A program made the position numbers and the translations under genes. DNA of 61,168 nucleotides, filler included, from Basidiobolus ranarum (taxonomy: Eukaryota): the NCBI GenBank assembly GCA_040143965.1. It is 16 parts of 16 records of this genome, joined end to end, with 100 filler letters (N's around TTAATTAATTAA, not from the genome) between each part and the next. Parts side by side here need not be neighbours in the genome. Positions count along the whole stretch, not along the records: positions 1 to 3,741 come from JASJQH010009181.1; positions 3,842 to 7,581 come from JASJQH010009182.1; positions 7,682 to 11,420 come from JASJQH010009183.1; 13 more parts are not named here. The stretch is one strand, 5' to 3'. Shown here piece after piece: positions 1 through 11,520 of the stretch; position 1 is the first letter of the stretch, and each line of letters begins with the position of its first letter. The notes below the pieces were generated by a model. That model saw nothing but the letters and a program-made list of their open reading frames with translations, was not told the origin of the DNA and did not search any database.

Positions 1-2475
1 AGAAACTACTGATGGTCTGTCGTTCATTAGTAGATAATTCTTTAGTATACTTGCAGTTGATTGTCTATATTGATACCCCAGCGAGTATTTATAAGCTATT
101 TTAATGATCGAGGATGACCGAAGACTTCAAGACCTTAAGTCCTTTGTTCTAATGGACTTTTGTTTGAAATATTTGCTTTCTTCAGCCTTTCGGTCGAAAG
201 ACTTACCTTTGTTTATGAGCGGCGAGCGAATCATGAAAGTACATTTGCAAGAAATAAAGACTTTTGATCGGCATTATCTTCCAGAGTAGGTATATTGCTG
301 ATAGAATACAAAGGGTATAACTAGCTATATCGCACAGGGTTTTTGAGTACAAGTTGTTGATGCTACACCAATAGAGATTGTTTCTGTATGATACTAAAAG
401 CCTTTGTATTTTGGTTCAAGACAAGTTTCATAATCCCACTCGCAGTGAAATTTTAGGGTGGCTATTTCATATGTATCAAGGTCATCGAAATCTTCGTAGC
501 AAAAGGTGGAGGCTATAGAATTGTTCCAGTTAGTTATGGAACCGCATCGATATCGAGGTTTATTCAAAATAAGTGAGAATTAATATTACTAACGCTAAGC
601 CTAGCCTAGATTGACGATTCCAAGATCTTCGTCATGCTTGGTCTAGGCGATACCGATATTGGCGTCACGCATATTCACAGATGAGCAAGAACATGCTAGC
701 CCGAAGATATTCCATATCTTGCCAACTCACTTGTGGAATACTCATGATATAGTTAACGCTACCGCTCAACTCCTTTTCTTCGATAACAATCACTCCCAGC
801 ATTAAATTAAGATTTCCTTATATGGAAGGAGAATTTTCGGATTACCACCTGGCTGATCTAAACATTCGTGGTAAAACCTGCTCTGTGCCATTCTGAGAAT
901 GTTGGAATTTTGAACGGTAAGGTAAAATGAGTGAAGGTAATCACCCAAATGAAATATTGAGGGTTGATGACACGGTTTTATTGATCGTTAAATAGGATCA
1001 ATCTGGTAACTTTGGAGTTGACATTATAGGCTGCAAGTAGCAACTGCATGGTAAGTAGTGCTTACACTATTTATTTCGGATGTGAAAATGACGAAAGCCG
1101 CTTCGGTATTCTCAACACAGCTCCACAAGCAGTTTACCAGGATGATTTTGAGCTCTGTGATGTCTTGAAAATGAAATTTGATATTACCAAGAGCAAACTA
1201 CATTTCATTTCTCTACCAAAGTCACTTAACTCATACTTATAGTGACTGCTTGACTAGGTAACTAATCCCCTCCTCATTAATAATGTAAAGTCGGGGCTGG
1301 TGTCTTCTGATGTTTATTTTCAGGCAAGCAGATAGCAAACAGACCAACTTCTAACCTTGTCTCGTGCCACTGATTCTAACTGCAGTATTTCTAACACAAG
1401 CTTATCAATGGAGGCACCATTTGTAATGCTATATACAACCATATGATGACCTTTTCCACCATACGCTAGTAATTCCTAAGTGATAGGAGTTCTTATCCCA
1501 TTGGATGTTTCAAATAATCCCGTATAAAAAGAAATCACACAGATACGTCTCAGATTATATGGGCCGTGTCTCACACTGATCCCCTGGATCAACGATAGCA
1601 ACTCCAGGCATCACCATAGTTTTTGCCCAACCTTTTGGCAGGCAGTCATATCACTAGCTGCGATGTAGGTGCAATCGCATTCTATGGGGTGCATCCTGAT
1701 TGTAGGCAGATGAAAAATGGCATGAAGATCATTGGTATTACCAAACTAATCCAGAGAATTCCCTAGATTGGTTGGATTGTTTGACTTGTTCAAGTGCAAC
1801 AGAGGCCAATTAGATTCTCCCTACAGGTACTCTCGAATTATCAAACATATTACTAATTAAACAAATACTGTAACTATCGAGTTATTTAAGCCCAACGCTG
1901 TCTATTCAGTTCAAACGGTCAAGGATATTCTCACGCTTCCAGTGGCTTACTAGTGTTATATAGTTCACATATATATGAACTTGATAATTCTCTAGATCAA
2001 TAATCCCGTGTACGCTAGCTTCAATTTGTACAGCAGGATATGCACTTCAATGCGACAAATAGTTACGCCTTCCAGCATGCTGCTTTCTTAATCAAATAGT
2101 GTTGACGTTAGAGCGCTCCGTGATCTCATTAATGAATATTAGAAATCGTGACATGAATAGATGTGCAATAACTGTAGGAAAAGATTGGAAATTGATTTAC
2201 TGAACAAATTTCAAAATCAAAGCGGTGTCTCATTTGTATATCCAAACCCTATCTGGTATTCCTTTAAAAAGAAATTTTCGTGAATTTGAAAGTAATTTTT
2301 ACACGTTAGGAAGAAGTAAAAAAGAAAACTGGATTTTTAAATAATAGAAACTCGTTAAAGCTAGTAATGGTATACGATACGATATAAAGGAAATTCAAAT
2401 AAATAATACTCTTCCATAGGAAGTCTTTCCTCATTGCATGCCTTGTAACATTGATGTGAATATCTCATTTTTTTC

Positions 2476-3546
2476 TCATGCCGAAAAAAACATCAGATGC
2501 TCAAAATACCCATGAGTTTGTCGTAAATGCCTCCGTAAGGTGTCTGTTCTTGAGAACGCTAGAATACAATGTGTACATTGAAATGGCTTCTCGCCAGTGT
2601 GTAGTCTTTCATGGCGTTGTAGATCGTGTTTACGTTTGAAGGGACGCTCACAAAACTTACATATATTCACTTCAGCCTCAGCCTCTTCTTTTTTCGCCTC
2701 TGCTTTCCTTTCCTTTTGTGATTTCTTATGTTCAGCACGAAAACTGATAACTCCACCCCCCGTCGACTCTGTCCGACGACGAAAGCGTCGACTAGGCTTT
2801 GTTGGTCGGAAAAAAGATGTGTTACAAGCATCGGATGGGCTCAATGGTGGGGTAGTACTAGCATTCATGCTTACTTGATCCATAGGGATAAATGTATCCA
2901 GCTCAGAACCACTGGGTGCTAAATTATGTAGTGGAATCTGTTCAACGTATGAGGTAGTACTCAAACCAGAATGATAGCTCTGGTTCTTCAACATAGCTTG
3001 CCCCAATTCAGTGGTTTCACTGCATAATTGGGTCGGATCTCCGATACGCCCCAGACCTGAAGATATATGCACATTGTGACTACAACGTCGAGACGGGATC
3101 ATGGGAATGCCTTCCATGTTAAATATCAAATTACTACTCACAGCTGAAGTGGTGTCGGATGAAATATCTGCATATCCTCTAGTGTTCTCAGGTAAGCATC
3201 CAAGGATCAACTCGTTCCCGGTCAATTCATCGAAATTAAATAATGAGTGAGACCATGATTTCAACTCCGTAGAATTGTGGAATAAGTGAGGTGGTTGCTC
3301 CATAAATTCAAGCGATTGATCTTAATTCAACATACACAATGGTTAGTGAACGTTACTAGGAAATAGCGATTGTGTACGAGATAAGATACCTATGCTGTGG
3401 TATATACTGTCAATAAAATCCGTATGTTGATTTGAGTAGAGGGGATTTACCAGGTCTTGATTCATAGAATACAAAGTGGAGATCGAGGATACTGTGGTCG
3501 GGGAGCTAAAGGCAGAAGCACCATAAGTAGAAAATTTATTTTCCAT
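2476..3546 (-). CDS. C2H2 zinc-finger transcription factor; two exons (3546-3390, 3320-2476), about 333 aa
   Basis: C-terminal CKFCERPFKRKHDLQRHERLH-TGEKPF-QCTHC...HLRQTH is a two-finger C2H2 with the canonical linker. A 69-nt GTATCT...CTAAC...AAG intron (3389-3321) joins the two track ORFs in frame (157+845=1002 nt). Confidence 0.85.
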
Positions 3547-3741
3547 GACTTCGGTATCTCTGATATGAACAGGCCCAAAGACGAGTTAATGCAGCTTGTT
3601 CTAATCAACCCAACAAGACAACAGAATAGCCGATCAAGATTATCTATCCGTCTACTGAAATAAGGCTTACACAGTTATAATAGAGGCTGCTCCAACAAGA
3701 AAGCAATTCAATCCACACCAATATTCATGTAACCAGGTGTT

Positions 3742-3841
3742 NNNNNNNNNNNNNNNNNNNNNNNNNNNNNNNNNNNNNNNNNNNNTTAATTAATTAANNN
3801 NNNNNNNNNNNNNNNNNNNNNNNNNNNNNNNNNNNNNNNNN
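3742..3841. other. Artificial contig spacer (N44-TTAATTAATTAA-N44). Others at 7582-7681, 11421-11520, 15259-15358, 19094-19193, 22928-23027, 26760-26859, 30589-30688, 34417-34516, 38244-38343, 42071-42170, 45897-45996, 49719-49818, 53540-53639, 57356-57455
   Basis: Identical 100-bp linker with stops in all frames; the flanking contig lengths never increase along the window (3741 to 3713 bp). Confidence 0.99.
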
Positions 3842-4016
3842 CGAAGATATCAACAACGAAAGAATTCATGATAGACATGGCTTTGTTGGAGATACCAGTG
3901 TCGGGGTGGACTTGTTTCAATACCTTGTAAATATATGAGGCGTAGGATTCCTTACGGGAAGCCTTCTTGTGCTTGGTTTCCTTCTTCTCAGCGGATGGTG
4001 CGTCTTTAGGAGCCAT
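3842..4016 (-). CDS. HTB: Histone H2B, 3'-truncated by the contig end
   Basis: [38 protein letters not shown] is the conserved H2B histone-fold start. Confidence 0.95.
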
Positions 4017-4070
4017 GATGATTCAAAAGTGTGCAGTTGGATAATTTTGGGGGGATGGGGGGCTTACCCC

Positions 4071-4112
4071 TTATATAGCTATCAGAGCTACGCGTCTATA
4101 ATTGAAACGCGT
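4071..4112 (-). promoter_or_regulatory. H2B promoter: TATA-like box plus two MCB (ACGCGT) cell-cycle boxes
   Basis: ACGCGT at 4090-4095 and 4107-4112; CTATATAA on the minus strand at 4071-4078, upstream of the H2B ATG. Confidence 0.6.
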
Positions 4113-4424
4113 CCAGCCTTGTGATCACGTAATTTTGATTTCTAACAATAGTTGTTGCCAGTGATTAGATTATTCAGGTCAGTAAGATTTGGATTACGTG
4201 AATGATTGATATCGATTTCACCATTTGAGCTGAGCATATACTGTGATCATTACAAGTGATCTGAGATCCTATGACAACAATCGATCCTACCTGAAGTGAC
4301 ACATACATTCCATAAATTCAAATTGATTTAGGTGGAAAAAAAAATTCCCTTAGCATTCATTCATCAATATTACCACGGAACCACAATAATATAGAGTATT
4401 TCGTGTTTGAAGAATCCAAGTATT

Positions 4425-6633
4425 ATGAGTACTAATACTTCGCAGCAACTTGAACAATGCTTAGAATTAATAAAGCCACATACAACTGATGAATCAAAGT
4501 TTGCTGGATTATTGCTTATACCTCGTATTTTGCAACCTGACGACATACCAGCAATAGAAGCTGTCTTTGAAGCAATCGACTTCAAATTCTTAGAACGTCT
4601 ATTGAGAACAAGTAGGAAATCAATTTTCATTCTATGTTTAAAGACGATCCTAGTTAATTAACTGGTATATTACAACAATAGCAAAGCAAGTTCCTGAGGA
4701 GACTGACGCTATGAATTCAATCGCTGTAAACATTTTGGCTAGCTTCTCCATAAGTGTGAACTTGATAAACAGAGAGGAATTCATTGCACGCATCCCAACC
4801 CTAATGAAGACCCTTATATCAAGGTACTGCTTCTTTTCCGAGCCATTTTATTCTCTAAAATCCATTTTCATATCAAGTATTGAGCCAACATTCTTCTTTT
4901 CAGTCAAAATCTTGAAACTAGAAAGGAGATCGCAAGAATACTATTTAAACTTTCCGAAGGATCCGAGGGACTTGAGTTGATACTAAACAAATACAATTTC
5001 GATTACATTCTCCGTCTTTACGAAAGGCCAGAAGGCGAAGAGAATGGTAAATATAACCCAGCTTAAATACCCTTATACATTTAGTCCGTCTGACCGATAC
5101 ATCCACTTTAATCATTACAGAGGAAATTCAAACACTGGGACTGCAATTGATCAGTTTCAGTATTGATCAATGGAACGACTTTGTATATACCCAGAAGGTT
5201 GCCAATGACATACAACTGAAGAATACGCTTATAGAAACACTACCATTCATCCTTGAGACGCTGGGAGCTCAGTATCATCAACGTCATGACAAAGTGAAAT
5301 TCGAAATAATGAGCACTCTTATTCGATTGCTCGAGGAAATACCTCAAGAGGTAAGCAATGTTGATATATCGAGCGGTATACGCTTAGGTACATTAGGGTT
5401 TCTATAGCAATAACCAACCCCTGCTTTTCGTTGTTAGTTCACAAAGGCTATTGGTAGAAGTACTACTAGTTTCTACTCTTGGACTGGCTCCATTTCTTCC
5501 GGAACAAAAGACGTCCTTAGTCATAAACATGGTTCGTTTGAATGGATATTTATGCATTACACGCTACTACTCCCAAATACTAACCAGGCGTATCATAAAA
5601 ACACATAGCGTCGAAGCCTAAAGAGGATGGTCTCAAGTTGGTTGCATTAATGCTGCATCATTTCGGATGGGACTGGCTATTCTCTGTATCAGAGCATGAT
5701 AAAATTAAAAAAGAGGAAAAGGAGAAATTCGCAGCTTTAGTGGTGGAGTTGGCTTGTATTGAAATTAATGTTCGCCTAGACGAACTTTCGCAGGAATCCG
5801 TCTCTTTGGAGGATCTGGAGAGCAAACAAAGTGCCACTATTATCGACTCTTATGAGATTTTAGAAAAAGTCATTTCATTTTTATCCACGTATATGCAGGA
5901 CCAAGAAGATGAAGGAACCAGTAATCGAACCCCCATATTTTCAAATGAATCTTTGTTAAAGCTACATAATTCGTTGAAATCCACTTTTTCAGTTATTCTT
6001 GAGTTCATTCTTTTGAAACAGGTAAGCTTTCATTGCACTCTTCGACTTGCAAGCCCATCTGTCCAACTTTGTACTAACGTAAATCTCAGGCTGATTTTCC
6101 CTCAGTAAAATTTTTGGAAAACCATTTTCTATTGGCAACCATCCGTGTTCTCGCTTCGTGGTTAGCTGAAGACGATTCACTTCATAAGGATGCACTAGAA
6201 ATACTGGGATTGCTCATTGATGTTGCACGTTCAAGGTTAGTTTGTCAATTATACTCGTGATTTAGTAGACATTTCTGATGCTTTTCCATTCCGTATTTTA
6301 TGTAATCACAGCGATAACAACCAAGATGTGACGCCATTATTGTTTCTTTGTCCGGCATTTCTATATATGACAGAGTCACCAGAGATGCACGACAAGTTCT
6401 CCTCGTTAGGAGGACCCCGCATGCTGGTAGAAAATTTGATAAGCACTTTCGATCGACAAAAGAGCTATGTCTCGAAGAATCACTTGGCAAACTTACTTTA
6501 TCCATATGTACAACTACTATATAATATTGAATCACCAAAAAAATTCCCCCTCCATAGTGAAACGGAGAAAGAGACATTCTCGCGTATCATGGAGTTTATT
6601 AGAGAGAAGTTTGGGGGAGATTCGTTCAATTAG
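4425..6633 (+). CDS. Neurochondrin-like (ARM-repeat) protein, multi-exon
   Basis: N-terminus LEQCLELIKPHTTDESKFAGLLLIPRIL...FEAIDFKFLERLLRT matches the neurochondrin N-terminus. Later exons carry FGWDWLF, LACIEINVRLDE and IRVLASWLAEDD-like motifs. Short GT-AG introns; exact 3' end uncertain. Confidence 0.7.
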
Positions 6634-6859
6634 ATCTATTCCATGGATGAATAAAAGCAGTGTTATTAACTATCAGTACTTAGGTATCTTGATAGCGGAT
6701 TGGTTGATAAATAATCACAGACTAATTGATGTGAACTAAACTTTCCAATCATTAGCATAGGATGTTTGTAAATATTCGATAAATAATCCATTAAATTGTT
6801 GACTAATTTAAGGTTTTGAATTATATTTATGATATAAACCTTTGGACATACCAACTAAA

Positions 6860-7581
6860 TTACATGCTGTTTATGATTTCACTTAACCATAGATTTTCAC
6901 TGACTCTTGCTTGATATTGCTGTTTCAATCGATCCACTTCCTCTTTGATTTCATTGGCAGTCTTATTTTTAAGTTGGGTGATTTGTCCGAACTCTTTCAT
7001 TATCTCCTCAATCAATTTGGATCCTTGCTGAATATCTTCTTTACGATGCTTTGTTTTGGGTTGCTCTTTGCTGTCTTCCTCCTCAAAATCTTCCAACTCC
7101 ATTGCCTTACGTTTGGCGAGCTATAAAGTTGACATAAAGGAGTAATGTTAAGGTGAATTCAGAAGAAGAATGATGAGTCCAAATGGGTGGGTTATTTTAC
7201 TTACGTTGACTACAGTATTAGGGAAATTGGCCAATTCCGCTACGTGAATACCAAAACTCTGATCGCATACACCAGGGTTAACTTTGTACAGTAGTGTAAT
7301 TTCCCGTGATCCATTGATCTTTCCTAAATGTGCAGTGACATGTAAATTTTTGACACTATCAATTTGATTGGAAAGTGCAGTAAGTTCGTGGAAATGGGTT
7401 GCGAACAAACAAAAGCATCCGATTTCAGTGGCTATAAATCTAACAAGAATGGTGACATTAGTTAACCTAATTCAAATGAACCAGTTGACTAGTTTTATAT
7501 GCTTACTCCGAAATTGCCCAAGCAAGACCAAAGCCATCATAAGTACTGGTACCACGTCCAAGTTCATCCACAATAATCAGT
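6860..7581 (-). CDS. MSH2: DNA mismatch repair protein MSH2, C-terminal part (5'-truncated, two introns)
   Basis: [81 protein letters not shown]. Confidence 0.93.
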
Positions 7582-7684
7582 NNNNNNNNNNNNNNNNNNN
7601 NNNNNNNNNNNNNNNNNNNNNNNNNTTAATTAATTAANNNNNNNNNNNNNNNNNNNNNNNNNNNNNNNNNNNNNNNNNNNNAGA

Positions 7685-8399
7685 TTAGATCTCAGCAACG
7701 GTGAGGGAAGGAGGAAGGGATTGCTTAAGCTTCTCAGCCTTTTCAAGATCGGCAACAACGAGAGTGTAAAGATATTTGGAGCATCTGATCTTGATCTTGA
7801 CTTCAGCACCGTTCTTCTTGATACGAGCGGACTTAGCGTCCTTACGGCGAGCGATTTCAAGGAAGTTCTTGATGTCTTGGACTTGCTTAGGCTAAGAAAA
7901 CAAAATAAACCATATTAGCACTGATGTCGCATTTGCTATCTAAGTGGTCATCTATATCCATCCATCTCATTGTGTGAGAGAAATCAAGTCGAGTTGGATA
8001 GATTCACAGTAAGACATAGTCGATAGGAAATTTTAGGAAAGGCGCTAACCATATTAAAGAACGGCCAAGTAGGTCGATATGTCGAAAGAGAGAGTTTCTA
8101 CTGCCTTTGTTATCAACTTTTATTGCTCCCCAAACCCTTTTCCATGATTCGTTCAACTTGTGAAGTTTACCTGTGATACCAACCAATCATATCGCTCTCA
8201 TCAAATCTCCTTTTTTTATCGTGAAGTTGAAAATAATCGAGGAATACGGATTGGGTGGGTTGTTATTACAAAACCTGTCACTTCTGGATATATTTAGTGC
8301 ACCTAAAAAACATCGTCCTGACGATTCCTCAAGAGTTGAAATGGTCTCTAGTAAGATGGTGCCAAGCCGTTAGTTACTATGACCAGTGCTACTTACCAT
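7685..8399 (-). CDS. RPL38: 60S ribosomal protein L38 (eL38); ATG-only exon 1 (8399-8397), 505-nt intron, exon 2 (7891-7685)
   Basis: Manual translation of exon 2: [68 protein letters not shown]. It is preceded by a TTTTCTTAG acceptor, with ATG|GTAAGT at 8399-8391. The exon 1 assignment is inferred. Confidence 0.9.
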
Positions 8400-8808
8400 G
8401 CGTAATTCGACTGAAAAGCAATACGCATTCAACGTACATGGGACATAAATGCTTGCAGGCTGCTATATTTTCTCCAATTTGACATACATCTTTACTACTA
8501 ATAGGCAGTGTCAGACCTTGCGATAGGGAACAGGCACTTTGAATTAACCATCCCAATGTATATATGCTCATCGTCTCATACATTGCTACTGGCCTATTGT
8601 GCCTAACGTGGTGTTGAGCTTATGTATTTAATGATTGGCTTATTTAATATTAGAGTTTGCGGCTCAGGGGGTCACGTATATGATCGTAATCAGCAATTGT
8701 TTAGTTGTGACACAATTGGCAACCCTCATCTATAGCTTATAACCTTAATAGCAGTCCTTGAAAGAGGTTACGTTCTCTTAAGACTGCACTAAGCGTATTT
8801 TACTTTCA

Positions 8809-10769
8809 ATGAACGACGTATTCCCAGTCTCTCTAGTCTCCAACGCCCATCTCGACGAACTTACTACTAATGTTCGTCAAAAACAGATCTCTTGGGAGGT
8901 ATCTAAAGTTCTCCAGCTTCTCTTTTGTTTATACAGGTCTTAACTTACTGCATTGTGAAGGATTTCCGAAATTCCGAATTCATTACTGAAGAAGAATATA
9001 AAGTATTAAAGGAGTACTACACCTCTACTGAAGAGACACGGGCCCCGTTCCCGGTAACTCATCATTATTAGTATGAAAGTGTTTTACCACCTACTCAAAA
9101 TGCGAATTTATAGGAGATTGGTGCTATTTTAGGAGATGCGATTGTTGCTCTCATCGATAAAATTTCGAAGGTTGAGGCCCTGCAACAGCTTCTGGTCCTT
9201 GCTGACGATGTACTTGAAGGTACCTTCTTAACATATACTTTTGAAACAGCACCTATACTTCAACTTGTTTCATTTGTGCTTAGCCCAGGAAAATAACGCA
9301 ATTTATTTTCATCAAACTTGCGCTGGAAATCCCAAATATCCATTCTCTCCACTATTGAAGTTAGTTATATAAGAGTAGCTCTAATGTATGCAATTTTTAA
9401 CCACATTCCCTTTTTACAGGTGTCTTTCCAAGGATGATGAATTTCTTGCCTTGAAATCAAGCAAAATTCTCACCACTTTGCTATGGTACCACTATTCATT
9501 AATCATGTACACTTGATGTTATTAGCTAATACATATATCCATGGTATTCCAGTACCGCTAGTAATGATGATGGAGTGGATCTCAGAGATTTTTTCCAATG
9601 GATTGCCGCCCAACTTCAAAGCAAGAATATCAGTGTGTCTGACATAGCGGTTCAAAATTTGGAGTCTCTACTTAAGGTATCCGGTTTCAGGCGAAGGTTC
9701 TATGAAACTCGCAATGGAGTCTCCTCGTGAGTGTTGCCTATAGAATGGTCGTTACTCGAGTTTGTTAATTTATCGTTTTCCTTACAGACTTTTGGATCTT
9801 TTGAAGAGAAACAGTGGTAACCCTCAAATGCAGTATCAGGTGATCTTTTGCATCTGGCTTTTATCTTTCGAAAAGTCAATCGCTGCTGAAGTTAGCTCGT
9901 ATGATAACCAACACTCTGCATCTCATGGAAGTAACATATGTATTGACACTGCTCTCTATTCTCAGCAAATACGATATTATTCCGATTTTCATCGATGTCG
10001 CCAAGGCTTCTGTCAAAGAGAAAGTAATACGAGTGATCATCTCTACGTTTAAGGTACCGTTCACTAATCATAACCAACATATGAATCCATATGGAGATCA
10101 GCATTTAGTAACTTTGCTCTATAGAATCTAATCGAGAAAGCTCCAGAAGAGAACATGGCTTCAATGCTTGTTCATAAGCTATTAAGCTTTAGCGAAAACC
10201 TCGCCAACCGCAAGTGGTCAGATCCGGATATAGTGGAGGATATTGAATTCTTGAAAACGCAACTTGACGAAAACTTTCAGAGCTTAACGTAATCATGGTC
10301 TTGCTTTATCTATAATTAAGTTGGACTTGAATTTAACTTCCTCCCTTATAACTTCCAGCACTTGGGATGAGTATGTCAGCGAACTAGACTCCGGAAAACT
10401 TTCCTGGTCTCCTCCACATCAATCCCAGCAATTCTGGGTCCAAAATAGTACCCGCTTCAACGACAATGATTATGAACTTCTCAGGTAGTAATTCATTGTA
10501 TAGTGCAATCAATTTATGAGTAATTGACCTGTTTGTATTTTATTAGACGTTTAGGGAGATTACTTTCAACTTCTACTGACCCCGTTGTTCTTGCTGTTGC
10601 ATCACATGATATTGGACAGTATGTCAAGCACTACGTGAATGGTAAGAAAGTAGTCCAAGAGATTGGTGCTAAGCATCGTATCATGGAACTCATGGCACAT
10701 GAGAATCCAGACGTTAGATATCAAGCCTTACTTGCTGTACAAAAGCTAATGGTCAACGCTTGGGAATGA
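8809..10769 (+). CDS. VMA13: V-type proton ATPase V1 subunit H, multi-exon
   Basis: MNDVFPVSLVSNAHLDELTTNVRQKQISWE start; QMQYQVIFCIWLLSF; VKEKVIRVIISTF; EYVSELDSGKLSWSPPHQSQQFW; VLAVASHDIGQYVKHYVNGKK...DVRYQALLAVQKLM. Confidence 0.92.
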
Positions 10770-11056
10770 AATCCACTCACACTTTCTACAAATTGTTACC
10801 GATATGTAATACCATACCTATTGATTGAAAATCTCCTGTGTTCTATGGTGAGATCAGATACTTTTGTCGTAATATCCGCACCTTTCATTGTGAATAAAGT
10901 ATCATATGCTTTCTTCTTAATCACACCTAACTCATATTCTATTGATTGTTCTGTTCAGGGATATGGTGATAAGTAACTTAAAAAAGAATAATTAAGCTCA
11001 AACTTAAAGCCTTTTAGTCAAGGCAAGGTAAACACTAACAGAGTTCATCTGGTATC

Positions 11057-11309
11057 TGTTGTAATTAGCATTGCTTAAACACCTATATAGTCATATATAG
11101 CGTAGTGCTTAGTTATCTTATATTGAACTAAGATATTACCAATTATTCTCATGAGGAATTTAATAAGAATATTGACACCAACTTAGAAGTTCTCAGATAT
11201 GTAGAGTTTTCAAACCTGTACTAGAAGGCCCAAACTTTGCACACATGTTTCTGGGACTTTTCTTAACACATTCTATATGCTATTTTACCTACATCTTGAC
11301 AAAACTATA
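11057..11309 (+). mobile_element. Copia LTR family A (about 348 bp), partial, interrupted by an LTR-B insertion
   Basis: Starts TGTTGTAATTAGCATTGC...CACCTATATAGTCATAT; colinear with copies at 22063 and 58019 and the reverse copies. Confidence 0.85.
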
Positions 11310-11420
11310 TGTTGGAGGATCTTGACATAATGGGGGTAGACTTTGAGTATTAGAAGCAACTTATGATAGTGTGTTTTAGTTAGTTTATTCTTGAGAGTAT
11401 ATGGTGACTTATATAGTAGA
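11310..11420 (-). mobile_element. Copia LTR family B, partial (contig end)
   Basis: TGTTGGAGGATCTTGACATAATGGGGGTAGAC is shared with 49329-49569 and about 60478-60758. Confidence 0.85.
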
Positions 11421-11520
11421 NNNNNNNNNNNNNNNNNNNNNNNNNNNNNNNNNNNNNNNNNNNNTTAATTAATTAANNNNNNNNNNNNNNNNNNNNNNNN
11501 NNNNNNNNNNNNNNNNNNNN

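Noticed and set aside
1-2400. Short ORFs at 104-289 and 1048-1242
   Set aside because: No recognisable domain or consistent exon chain.
7630-7918. Track ORFs 7630-7860 (-) and 7721-7918 (+)
   Set aside because: They are off-frame and antisense shadows of the RPL38 exon.
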